A program made the position numbers and the translations under genes. Shown here in pieces: positions 29,545 to 38,022 of a stretch of DNA of 64,000 bases (the first letter of the stretch is position 1; each line of letters opens with the position of its first letter). Below the pieces are notes generated by a model. It was not told the origin of the DNA. It saw nothing but the letters and a program-made list of their open reading frames with translations, and made no database searches. Source of the stretch: a virus; the IMG/VR virus record IMGVR_UViG_3300031788_000002, positions 1 to 64,000 of that record, one strand, 5' to 3'.

Positions 29545-29799
29545 ATGAATGTGGCGCAGAACAACCGCAAGCGTCCGAAGGGCCTCTCTTTTTTCATAGC
29601 TAGCGAACAGGTCAAGAACTACCTCGATGAAGTGGTCGAGCGGCGGGATGACTGTACGAACTACGAGACGTGCCTGTTCAACTTCGAGGGGCGCACGCGC
29701 GCGTACTGCCCGAAGGAGTGCGAGCATTACAAGGAGTGGAAGCCCCGCATTGAAAGCTATATGAGCTCGAACCGCTCGAACTGGGACACGGTGGAATAG
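29545..29799 (+). CDS. Small Cys-rich protein
   Basis: C..Y..CL...CP..C. Confidence 0.6.
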   Translation: MNVAQNNRKRPKGLSFFIASEQVKNYLDEVVERRDDCTNYETCLFNFEGRTRAYCPKECEHYKEWKPRIESYMSSNRSNWDTVE

Positions 29800-30213
29800 A
29801 TGAAGACAAGGGAAGAGATGACCCACGGGCTAGCGGCAGCTGCCATCGCGTGCAAGGCGTTAACAGAGCAAGAGCCGACCACGTTCAACGAGGATGGCGT
29901 TTCGAAAGAGGTTACGGACCTTTACGCAGCGGCGGCCCCTCAGAACCTCAACGCGTTGATGCGCCGTATTTCGCGGGAGAACTACGCCGCGGGCTGGCGT
30001 TATGATCTCGAAGTACTCTTGTGGGGTATACTTCAACGCGATTTGCCGAACACCGCGTATGTTGATCCAGTAGACTTAGAGCACCTGCGCCGCCTTGCAT
30101 CTGCTTCTGGGGGTTGGTTCAGCATGAACAAGCCATTTGCATTTGAGGCTTATTTTGTTCCAATGGATGAGTGGCAGCGGGAGTACGCTCTGCGTAAAAA
30201 ATCGTTGTTCTGA
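29800..30213 (+). CDS. Hypothetical protein
   Basis: ISRENYAAGW...LE..LW...GGW motif. Confidence 0.65.
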   Translation: MKTREEMTHGLAAAAIACKALTEQEPTTFNEDGVSKEVTDLYAAAAPQNLNALMRRISRENYAAGWRYDLEVLLWGILQRDLPNTAYVDPVDLEHLRRLASASGGWFSMNKPFAFEAYFVPMDEWQREYALRKKSLF

Positions 30214-30545
30214 AAAGCTCTGGAGTGGGCACCGGCCTCCACCGGTGTAAGGCGCTAGATACCCGCTCGTGCCGTTGTACCCGTAGGTCATCGCGGGATA
30301 CGTGAGTGTTGGGGCCCAGCGCCTCCCCGCATCGATCGTTTTCCATGTTGGATCGATGCGGGGCCTCCGAGGGAGCCGCCTCAACTTCGTGCACGAGTAA
30401 CGCGATCGCGCTGACGAGAACGGTCAGCTCGGTCATAACGATGAGATGGTTCACACGACCGGGCATGCTCGCGTTCGATGCTCGAGCGCGTGCAAGCATC
30501 GCGGAAGAACCTTCTTCTTTTAGGCATAAGAAGCTTGGAGAAATC

Positions 30546-30782
30546 ATGTCCGAGAAGAAGGATTCCGAGAATGTTGTATAGTACAAGACTACGTCGGCGC
30601 GTTGGAGCGAAGCGACGGGCGTGACGCCGCGCACGATCGCGGGAGCAGTGGTCCCCGATCCGATCGTCCCCGAGGGGGAGGGTTGGGTTCTGTGCGGTAA
30701 CGCGGTGCTACCCGCACGCATCTTTTGGTTTTGGGCGCGGTGCCTTCCTGTAAAGAGTGAGGAGTCTTCTGCCGTACGCTAG
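30546..30782 (+). pseudogene. Small protein interrupted by in-frame TAG (30579)
   Basis: Class A promoter + GGAG RBS; MSEKKDSENVV*YKTTSARW...PEGEGWVLCG...IFWFWAR...*. Confidence 0.55.
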
Positions 30783-30785
30783 GGC

Positions 30786-31040
30786 ATGGACCTCAAGATT
30801 CCCTTCGGTGAGATCGACGGCCTCGACGCTTCGTTCACGTTCAAGCAAAAAACCGATGGTATTCCAGGGCGGGATCTGGAGGAAGGCATGGCGCAAGACC
30901 GCGCTGCGGCGCTGGACGCGGCGGTGTTCGAGGGAGCACCGGCCGTTATCGAGGACGACGACGTGACCGCGAGCACGTTGGATATGGGTAAGAAGTTGAT
31001 GACAGCACTCCAGAAAGGGCGCAGGGACAAGGGTCTATGA
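30786..31040 (+). CDS. Small acidic hypothetical protein
   Basis: TACGCT 5 nt before ATG. Confidence 0.55.
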   Translation: MDLKIPFGEIDGLDASFTFKQKTDGIPGRDLEEGMAQDRAAALDAAVFEGAPAVIEDDDVTASTLDMGKKLMTALQKGRRDKGL

Positions 31041-31179
31041 TGAACAGCGAGCTGGCCGACGAGATCATCGCGAGGCGGGGGACTTGGGCGCAGGTGCCCG
31101 CACCGCCATCAAATTCATCGCGAACATCAGCGTTTCTAGGTGGCTGACCGAAAAACTGAGGCGACTGCGGTAATCGCGC

Positions 31180-31231
31180 GCTAAAGAAAACGCCGTGGAG
31201 CAACCCCGGGCGGGGGGAGCATCCACGGCGT
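31180..31231 (-). terminator. Terminator hairpin with TTTTCTTTAGC tail
   Basis: ACGCCGTGGA...TCCACGGCGT stem after the stop of 31247-31531. Confidence 0.65.
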
Positions 31232-31246
31232 CACCTTCTTCTACGC

Positions 31247-31531
31247 CTAACGCGGAAGCCCCGCCAGCTTCTTAGCGCTCCAGCGTACATCGGCGAGCCA
31301 GGCGCCTTGGGCGCGCCCATCGCTCTGCTGGGGCTCGACCCGGCGGGCCGCCGCGCGGTCGATGACATGCAGGGATGCGCCCCAGGCGACCAAGAGCAAG
31401 CGCTCGGGCTGAAGCTTGAGAACTTCTTCTAAAGAGTGGACCCAACCACGCTCGGCCGGCGTGAGGGGTTCCACGTCGGTCAGCAGGTCGTCTTTGGTGG
31501 CTTCCGTGCGACCGTTGATGAAGCGCGGCAT
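31247..31531 (-). CDS. Hypothetical protein
   Basis: 94 aa ORF followed by terminator. Confidence 0.55.
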   Translation of the reverse strand: MPRFINGRTEATKDDLLTDVEPLTPAERGWVHSLEEVLKLQPERLLLVAWGASLHVIDRAAARRVEPQQSDGRAQGAWLADVRWSAKKLAGLPR

Positions 31532-31558
31532 GCGCCCAAGGCTACCACGCTCTTTTTG

Positions 31559-31864
31559 TTAGCCCTCGGTTACGGCCGCATCGCCGTGGCTGTGCTTCAC
31601 ATCGGAAAATGTACTGGCGTTAACGCGTCGATGGTGTCCAACAAGTAATAGAACGAAGGGCTCCAAGCTTGCCGGCGACGAAGCCCTTCGTTCGGGAGTG
31701 TCCATGAGGAATTTAGCCCCTTCTCCGCGCGCAGGCAACGGGAACGTTGAGCCTTCGCTGTAGACGCCGCCGTTCAGCTTATCCCAGCGTGCTCGGTTCA
31801 TTTCTTCTTTTCGCAGCGTCTGAATGACGCCTTCATCCGTTGCACAGCTTTTGTTCTCGCACAT
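31559..31864 (-). CDS. Hypothetical protein
   Basis: 101 aa ORF in a minus-strand run. Confidence 0.45.
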   Translation of the reverse strand: MCENKSCATDEGVIQTLRKEEMNRARWDKLNGGVYSEGSTFPLPARGEGAKFLMDTPERRASSPASLEPFVLLLVGHHRRVNASTFSDVKHSHGDAAVTEG

Positions 31865-31898
31865 GGGAATGTCTTTTCGTATCGAAGGTACAAATGAA

Positions 31899-31924
31899 TG
31901 AAGCGGGCCCCTCGGCCCGCTTCC
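31899..31924 (-). terminator. Hairpin terminator
   Basis: GAAGCGGGCC-cctc-GGCCCGCTTC. Confidence 0.6.
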
Positions 31925-31944
31925 TGTAGTGTCAATGGGTTGGG

Positions 31945-32355
31945 TTACGCTTTCTGAGAACGCGCTTCCTCGTACACTGTGATGGCCTGGTACATCCAGC
32001 GTTCGCGCCCGATCATGGCCTTGACACCGGGCAGTGGCTTGGACAACCCACCGCGCAGGTGTTCATATATAAACAGCAGCCGAAAGATTTGAAGGTACTC
32101 TTGGTACGTCGATTGCGTGGCATTGTCCGACAAGGATGCCAACGCCACCTTGCGCGCGCGGGCGAAGGGTTCGGTATCGGCCTTCGTCAATTGGTCAACA
32201 GCATACCGAACTTGTTGTTGTTCTTTCCGGCGCTGGGCCTCGCACTCATCAAGGGACGGCATAGGCCGCGCCTCCATACTCTCGCAATCGAAACTCTCGC
32301 AATCGAACTGCCGCAGCCCAAATAAAACCCGGGCTCGATCTTCAGCGATGTTCAT
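31945..32355 (-). CDS. Hypothetical protein (15-bp duplication FDCES x2)
   Basis: AAGGAG RBS before MNIAEDRA. Confidence 0.6.
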   Translation of the reverse strand: MNIAEDRARVLFGLRQFDCESFDCESMEARPMPSLDECEAQRRKEQQQVRYAVDQLTKADTEPFARARKVALASLSDNATQSTYQEYLQIFRLLFIYEHLRGGLSKPLPGVKAMIGRERWMYQAITVYEEARSQKA

Positions 32356-32368
32356 CGTGCTCTCCTTA

Positions 32369-32736
32369 TCACCCTTCATCATCGTATCTGTGGTTTCCAT
32401 CCGCTCGATACGGCACTCCGCGGGGCCACGTCTCCGACGTCTGCCGCCGGACGTCTGCCGCCGGACGTCTGCGAGCGCGCCACCGAAGTCGATCTCGGCG
32501 GCCGGCGGGTACGTCGGATCGCACTGCACGATGCAGCAATCTTCCGTCGCGTCGGAGCACCAGCCCGGCTCACTCGGCTGGGGCCACACTTCGTCCCCGA
32601 TCCCTGGGAACAGCTTTTCCCGAAGTTGTTTCCGCTCGCGGATCTGGCCGGCCTCTCGCGTGTCCCGGTTTACAAGGTTTCGAACGTATGCCCGCGCCAG
32701 CCGTGACGGGTTTAAAAATCCGCGTGTCATCAGCAT
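32369..32736 (-). pseudogene. Hypothetical gene frameshifted by a 14-bp duplication, now fused to the downstream gene
   Basis: GACGTCTGCCGCCG x2.6 at 32436-32472; removing one unit gives a stop at 32369 just before the next RBS. Confidence 0.55.
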
Positions 32737-32752
32737 GATGCTACGATTGTAT

Positions 32753-33349
32753 ATGCAAACGTCGACTTGCGCGCCGCTAAACGCGAAAGCCGATTTTGCG
32801 GCGCCAGCCGCAGGAGAACACGAGGAAGTTCCCGTGAAAAACGATCGCCTTGCCAACACCGTGCTGTACATGCTTCGCGCGTGTCCAGACGCCGGCCTCA
32901 CCAAGCTTCTCAAACTGCTCTACTTTGCCGACTACGAGCACTACCGTGAGCACCTGACCACCATCACTGGTGCCACCTATGTGGCGCTTGCGCGCGGTCC
33001 TGTCCTCGACAACTATGAGGAACACTTCGGGTCGCTTGAGAGTCGTGGGATCATGGCCTCCAGGGAGCCCAACATGGAGGCATTCAGCGACGCTGAACTT
33101 GAGACGCTCAGCGCCGTGGTCCTAAAGTATGGCGGACTGACTGGACGAGCGCTCAGTAACATGACCCACGAAGAAGCTCTTCCATGGTCCTACGCGTGGG
33201 ATCCGGAGGCTCCGGGGAATGTGATCCCACCGTCCTTGTTTCGTTGGCTTGAAAACATGCCCAATGAACAAGACGTCGCTACTGCTAGGGCGCGCACTCA
33301 AGCAGCATTTACTCGACCCGACCCAGGCGCGCCGCCACCTGAGTCCTAA
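32753..33349 (+). CDS. Panacea domain (DUF4065/SocA/GepA) antitoxin-like protein
   Basis: TKLLKLLYFAD...ITG..Y.A..RGPV...L..V..KYG..TG..LS.MTH...PW; alternative start GTG 32834. Confidence 0.88.
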   Translation: MQTSTCAPLNAKADFAAPAAGEHEEVPVKNDRLANTVLYMLRACPDAGLTKLLKLLYFADYEHYREHLTTITGATYVALARGPVLDNYEEHFGSLESRGIMASREPNMEAFSDAELETLSAVVLKYGGLTGRALSNMTHEEALPWSYAWDPEAPGNVIPPSLFRWLENMPNEQDVATARARTQAAFTRPDPGAPPPES

Positions 33350-33464
33350 AACTCTGCGACGTATTGGCTCGCACCTCGGCTCTCAGTAGCAGCCATCAAT
33401 AAGAACCTCAGCAGCCAGGTGAGGTACGCCTTGCCGTCGTCGCTGGGGGGCATGCGGGGCGGCG

Positions 33465-34091
33465 TCACTGCCTCCTCGTGACGAGCCCGTTGCGCAGCAT
33501 GGCAGCGTCGGCCGCGAGCTTGGCGTCGGAGAGGCGGCGAAGCTCGGGGGTGCTCATCCCGCGAGCGTCGTAGCGGGCGTCACCGGCGGCCTTGCCGAAC
33601 AGGCGGCGAAGCTCGGCGGAGTAGGCGTCGTCGGCAGCGTAAGCGGCGGCGGAGTTCGTTGCGCTGGTGTTCGTGGTCGGCGTCGACAACGCCTCGCTCG
33701 GTGTGGCCTCCGTAGCGGCTCCCGCGAGCTGCAACAGTAGCTCGCCTGCGTCGCGAGCCTGGGCCGCGCTGAGGTAGGTCGAGATTCCACTCCCCTGGTC
33801 GTCCTTGCAGGTGACCATCGCCACCCACTCATCTCCGTCCGTCGGCTCGATCACGAACGAACACCAGTCTTCGTCCTCGTATTTTGCGATTAGACTCCGT
33901 TTTCGGTGCCGTGCGACAGGCGCCACAGGCGCCGGCAGCGAATCCTCGTGCGCCTGTTCAAGGATGGCGTCGACGAGGGCGAGGAGCACAGAGAGGCCGC
34001 GCTCGTCGAACCTCGCTTCGAGCGCAAACCGACTACTGAGGAAGCTCAAACACGCCTTAGCAGCGCCTTCGATATTAGATCTAGACATCAT
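33465..34091 (-). CDS. Hypothetical protein
   Basis: GGAGG RBS; C-terminal AAAYAADDAY..EL...FG..AGDARY. Confidence 0.55.
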   Translation of the reverse strand: MMSRSNIEGAAKACLSFLSSRFALEARFDERGLSVLLALVDAILEQAHEDSLPAPVAPVARHRKRSLIAKYEDEDWCSFVIEPTDGDEWVAMVTCKDDQGSGISTYLSAAQARDAGELLLQLAGAATEATPSEALSTPTTNTSATNSAAAYAADDAYSAELRRLFGKAAGDARYDARGMSTPELRRLSDAKLAADAAMLRNGLVTRRQ

Positions 34092-34203
34092 GCCTCCAAG
34101 CGTCACCAAGACGCGGCAAGGTACCCTACCCCCACCTCTGAACGATCCACCACCGCAGCAACAGGATGCGCGACGCGCACGTCGAGCACGGTATCATCGG
34201 TCA

Positions 34204-35205
34204 CTACGTACCTCCTGAGCCGACGCATCGCGAGCGCCCTTCTTTGTCGGCCCATCGGCCGGGGAGCGCGGCGTCGGTAGTGTACTTAACCGCGCCGCGC
34301 AGGTCCGCGCCGCTCATGTCCGCTCCGCTCAGGTCCGCGTGGCTCAGGTCCGCCTCGTACATGTTCGCGCGGCTCAGGTCCGCCTCGTACATGTCCGCGC
34401 CGCTCAGGTCCGCGCCGCTCATGTCCGCTCCGCGCATGTCCGCTCCGCTCAGGTCCGCGTAGCGCATGTGCGCGCCGCTCAGGTTCGCGTAGCGCATGTT
34501 CGCGTCGCACATGTCCGCGTAGCGCATGTTCGCGTCGCTCATGTCCGCTCCGCTCAGGTCCGCGTGGCACAGATCCGCTCCGCGCAGGTCCGCGTAGCGC
34601 ATGTTCGCGCCGCGCAGGTTCGCGCCGCTCAGGTCCGCGTGGCTCAGGTCCGCGCGGCTCAGTTTCGCTCCGCTCAGGTTCGCGCCGCTCAGGTCCGCGT
34701 AGCGCATGTGCGTGCCGCGCAGGTCCGCGTAGCGCATGTGCGCGCCGCGCAGGTTCGCGTGGCTCAGGTCCGCGTGGCTCATGTCCGCGCGGCTCAGTTT
34801 CGCTCCGCTCAGGTCCGCGCCGCTCATGTCCGCTCCGCGCATGTCCGCGCGGCTCAGGTCCGCGCCGCTCATGTCCGCTCCGCGCATGTTCGCGTGGCAC
34901 AGATCCGCTCCGCTCATGTCCGCTCCGCGCATGTTCGCGTGGCACAGGTCCGCGCCGCTCAGGTCCGCGCCGCTCAGGTCCGCGCGGCTCAGGTCCGCGC
35001 GGCTCAGGTCCGCGCGGGGGATTAGCCCCGCGCCCACCAGCCACGCCGCAAACGAGCCCTGCCACGCAGCCAACCAGATCGAGTGTAGTGGCGTCCATGC
35101 GACCGAGAGCGACCCCGACGGGGCCCACTGGTCAAACAGCGCCAGACCGGCGCTGCAGGCGCGAGCACGCACGAGATCGGCGCGGCTCAGCGTTACCGAG
35201 ATCAC
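34204..35205 (-). CDS. Pentapeptide repeat protein
   Basis: ~48 A(D/N/H/K)(L/M)xx repeats after an N-terminal LVRARACSAGLALF domain; GGAGGT RBS. Confidence 0.95.
   Translation of the reverse strand: MISVTLSRADLVRARACSAGLALFDQWAPSGSLSVAWTPLHSIWLAAWQGSFAAWLVGAGLIPRADLSRADLSRADLSGADLSGADLCHANMRGADMSGADLCHANMRGADMSGADLSRADMRGADMSGADLSGAKLSRADMSHADLSHANLRGAHMRYADLRGTHMRYADLSGANLSGAKLSRADLSHADLSGANLRGANMRYADLRGADLCHADLSGADMSDANMRYADMCDANMRYANLSGAHMRYADLSGADMRGADMSGADLSGADMYEADLSRANMYEADLSHADLSGADMSGADLRGAVKYTTDAALPGRWADKEGRSRCVGSGGT
34291..35015. repeat. 15-bp unit tandem array (pentapeptide codons)
   Basis: Variants of gcggacctgagcggc on the minus strand. Confidence 0.95.
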
Positions 35206-35390
35206 GCCCGCACCTCCCCCGCCGACCTGGCGCGCTCGCCGGCGCGGAGCAGTCGGCGCAGGGCGATTGCCTGCCTGCGCGCTCGGGTGCGATCCCGTAG
35301 CGCCTCGATCTCCGCGGCCTGCACCTCGAGTCGGCGCAGGGTCTGTTCTCGGTAGAGCGCATCAAGCTCTGCGGCGAGCGTGGGGCTCAT
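35202..35390 (-). CDS. Small hypothetical protein
   Basis: Overlaps start of the pentapeptide gene. Confidence 0.5.
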   Translation of the reverse strand: MSPTLAAELDALYREQTLRRLEVQAAEIEALRDRTRARRQAIALRRLLRAGERARSAGEVRA

Positions 35391-35463
35391 GTCGACCCCC
35401 GCAGGCTCGACAGGTTTGCGTTGACTTTTAGGCTGTTCATCGTCGTTCTCCTTTGGTCAGCTC

Positions 35464-35748
35464 TTACTGACCCTTGTACGTGACCCGGCGCACCACCGTG
35501 AAGGTCGGTCCCGTGCGATGCGCCGAGGCGCGCCCGACGACCACGTATTCCGTGGCGGGGTAAGGCCACGTCGCGAGGGGGCCCGAGGGATCCGCGTTCG
35601 GCGTACCGGCGATCTCGACGTCTGGCCCGAAGCGCTTACGGGCCGCGTCGAGGATGTCGGGTAGAAGGTGCGTGGCGTAAGCGATTCGAAGCAAGGTGGC
35701 GGGCGTGTTGCTGGGCTTCGAGGTCGTGCAGGTGCTATTCGTGTTCAT
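35464..35748 (-). CDS. Hypothetical protein
   Basis: GGAG RBS. Confidence 0.55.
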   Translation of the reverse strand: MNTNSTCTTSKPSNTPATLLRIAYATHLLPDILDAARKRFGPDVEIAGTPNADPSGPLATWPYPATEYVVVGRASAHRTGPTFTVVRRVTYKGQ

Positions 35749-35967
35749 GGGTGGACTCCGGTTGATCGGTGTGCGCCAAGAGCCTTGGCGGCGACTGCAA
35801 TCGCTACCAGGGCTCGACTTTGTTGTGAGCGTAATTACGCCTTGCGAGGCGTCTTGGTTCCTTTCTTTGCCTTCGGAGCAGGCGCCTCGGAGGCGTCGCC
35901 GCGTCGGAGCGCGAGGCGCAGATAGCGCGTCGTCGCGCGTTCGGAGAGGCTGCGGCGCGGCATGCGC

Positions 35968-36435
35968 TCAGCCCTCCCGCACGACGCGACCGCTACGCCC
36001 GTCGTTGGAGAGCTGCACATGGTGTCCGCGCGTGCAGACGCGGTAGCCGGGCACGTAGCCGGCCTCGTACCAGACGAGCGCGCGACCGCAGCGCGGCGCG
36101 GGGCACCGGCACCACGCGCCACGCTCGTACCAGGCGATCGCAGCACCTTCGGGCCACTCGCCGGGGTATTCCGGCTCGATGGCCAGGCGAAGCCCGAGCT
36201 GTTGCGTGGCCCCCCGTCCGATGCGCACGATCGCGAGCCCGCGCGGCACGGTGCCCTGGAGAGTGACCGTCCAGATCGGGCCGTCGGGGGTATGGGTCGG
36301 CGCGGCGACGTTGCCCGCGCCCTCCAGCGCCTCTCGGACGGGGACCGTGAGGCGCATCTGCTCGTAGACGGGAGGCATGATGCGGAGGCCCTCGGCGCGG
36401 CGGATTCGCGGGCTCACGACGGTGCGCAGCTTCAT
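35968..36435 (-). CDS. Hypothetical protein with C-terminal Zn finger
   Basis: GGAG RBS, MKLRTVV; CPAPRC...VWYEAGYVPGYRVC..GHH. Confidence 0.6.
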   Translation of the reverse strand: MKLRTVVSPRIRRAEGLRIMPPVYEQMRLTVPVREALEGAGNVAAPTHTPDGPIWTVTLQGTVPRGLAIVRIGRGATQQLGLRLAIEPEYPGEWPEGAAIAWYERGAWCRCPAPRCGRALVWYEAGYVPGYRVCTRGHHVQLSNDGRSGRVVREG

Positions 36436-37202
36436 GGCGTAACTCCCGTCAACACGGCGCAGAGATGGCTGGTTCCCTGCCATGCGCTGATGAGGCAGAC
36501 CGAACCCATCGGGCAATCGCTGCTGGTGGTGCACGCGGCGTTGCTGAGGGGCGTCGCGCCCGAAGCGCAGACCGAGACGTAGACCTGCTGCGCGCAGCCG
36601 GCGCCGGTGTTGAGGTCCGCATAGAGATAGCACCAGGGGCTCAGCGCATTGGGGCACTCGCCCGTTTGGTTTTGATTCAGGGGGTTACAGGCCGTGAACT
36701 GCTCGATGTAACCGCCGTCGACGCAGGGGCTGATCCCGGCATCTCCCGCATCGGCGGGCGGGTCCGTTGGCCCGGCATCGCTGGGGGTTGCGCCCGAGCT
36801 ACTGGAAGAGCTGCTGACCATCGTTGTGGTTACCTCTGAGGATGAAGAGCTCGAGGACGATGGCACGCTAGCGCCCGAAGATGAGCTCGAAGCGTTCGCG
36901 GCAGAGCTCGATGATGAACTCGAAGGATCTGCGCCGTTGAGGCAGACCGCGTTGAGCACGCAGTGCAGCAAGGGATTGCAGGTGTTGTCGCTGAAGCAGG
37001 GACAGCCTGCCGTTCCGGGCGAACAGAGAACCACGCTGTGAGTACTCGAAGAGGTGGTGGGCGCGTGGGTCGACGTGGGCGTGTCCACGCCGCCACCGCT
37101 TCCCGTGATCACGCCCCCGCCACAGGCGGTAAGCGCCAAAACGAGCAGAGCTGTAATGGCCACGAGGCCGGCAAGGGGAAGGGAGAGCATCATGTTTTTC
37201 AT
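36432..37202 (-). CDS. Myxobacterial-type Cys-rich lipoprotein with Ser/Thr linkers
   Basis: Lipobox LTAC; C..G..GCPC....C...L.C....C modules; poly-Ser; DAG motifs; GGAGG RBS. Confidence 0.8.
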   Translation of the reverse strand: MKNMMLSLPLAGLVAITALLVLALTACGGGVITGSGGGVDTPTSTHAPTTSSSTHSVVLCSPGTAGCPCFSDNTCNPLLHCVLNAVCLNGADPSSSSSSSAANASSSSSGASVPSSSSSSSSEVTTTMVSSSSSSSGATPSDAGPTDPPADAGDAGISPCVDGGYIEQFTACNPLNQNQTGECPNALSPWCYLYADLNTGAGCAQQVYVSVCASGATPLSNAACTTSSDCPMGSVCLISAWQGTSHLCAVLTGVTP

Positions 37203-37366
37203 TGGGTGTTCCTCCGTGTTCGTTGTGCCTGGAAAGCCCCGGGAATTATGGGAATCGCTAAAGTGGAACGGGTTATCGACGGACAAGACGTTCATAAAGC
37301 ATACGCGTCCGCAGCGCGCAGACGCGTATGCTTCACCGCTTGCTGGCCTACCGACAGGGTGCGCTT

Positions 37367-37950
37367 TTACTTTGTAGCGTCATCCCATGAAAGGAAGGAG
37401 TGCGGACGGTGGCCCGTGGCAAGGGCAGCGTCTACTTGAACGCGTTGAACGATCTCGTGGGCTTGCTCCATAACGCGGTCGACCTTGCGCCGACACCGTT
37501 GCCTTTCTTCATCGTCGTAATCCCGCCGCTTGCGCTTCGCCGTAAGCATTTCCCAGGGCGTGACCTCAAACGACACCGGCGGAGCGCGAAATGGTCCTTC
37601 TTCGGCCTCTACGGCCGCGCGAATGTCCGCTTCCATTAGAGTGAGTTCGCGCAGCCCGTACAGCGTTCTTTCGGTATCCCAGCGGGTCTTGAACTCTTCT
37701 TTTCGTCGCGCTTGGTACACGCAGTACGTGCCACCGCGCAGCTCATTCAAGCAGGTACGGCAGCAAGGAGCTTGCCCAAGCACCAGGCTCTGGTGAGATG
37801 CCCCGTGGTGCGAATCGCTGTTCGGCCACAGGAGCAACGGCACAGCCAACGGCGGCTTCCAGTGACCTCATCACGCTCTGACAACAGCATTTCTACCGTT
37901 AAATCGCCGTACGTTCGACCACGTAGATCCGCCGTGTTGCTTATTCTCAT
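37367..37950 (-). pseudogene. AP2/HNH-associated 'DLxGxxxGxLxV...WxCxCxCG' domain gene with 1-nt frameshift
   Basis: N-terminal half in ORF 37747-37950, continuation (GQAPCCRTC...) in ORF 37367-37849. Confidence 0.55.
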
Positions 37951-38022
37951 TCCTCGGTCTCCAAAAAGAAACGCCGCCAAGGGCGAACTCCCGACGGCGT
38001 TGGATTGAAACGTGTTGGTTGA

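Noticed and set aside
31945-33349. Full-length 322-aa and 410-aa ORF calls
   Set aside because: Over-extended starts; the true units are the 32355 gene, the frameshifted 32736 gene and the Panacea gene.
21590-35205. Diversity-generating retroelement behind the variable repeats
   Set aside because: No reverse transcriptase and no TR/VR pair differing only at adenines was seen in the window.
34166-35431. Multiple overlapping ORFs and a CRISPR-like look of the 15-bp array
   Set aside because: No unique spacers; fully explained by pentapeptide codons.
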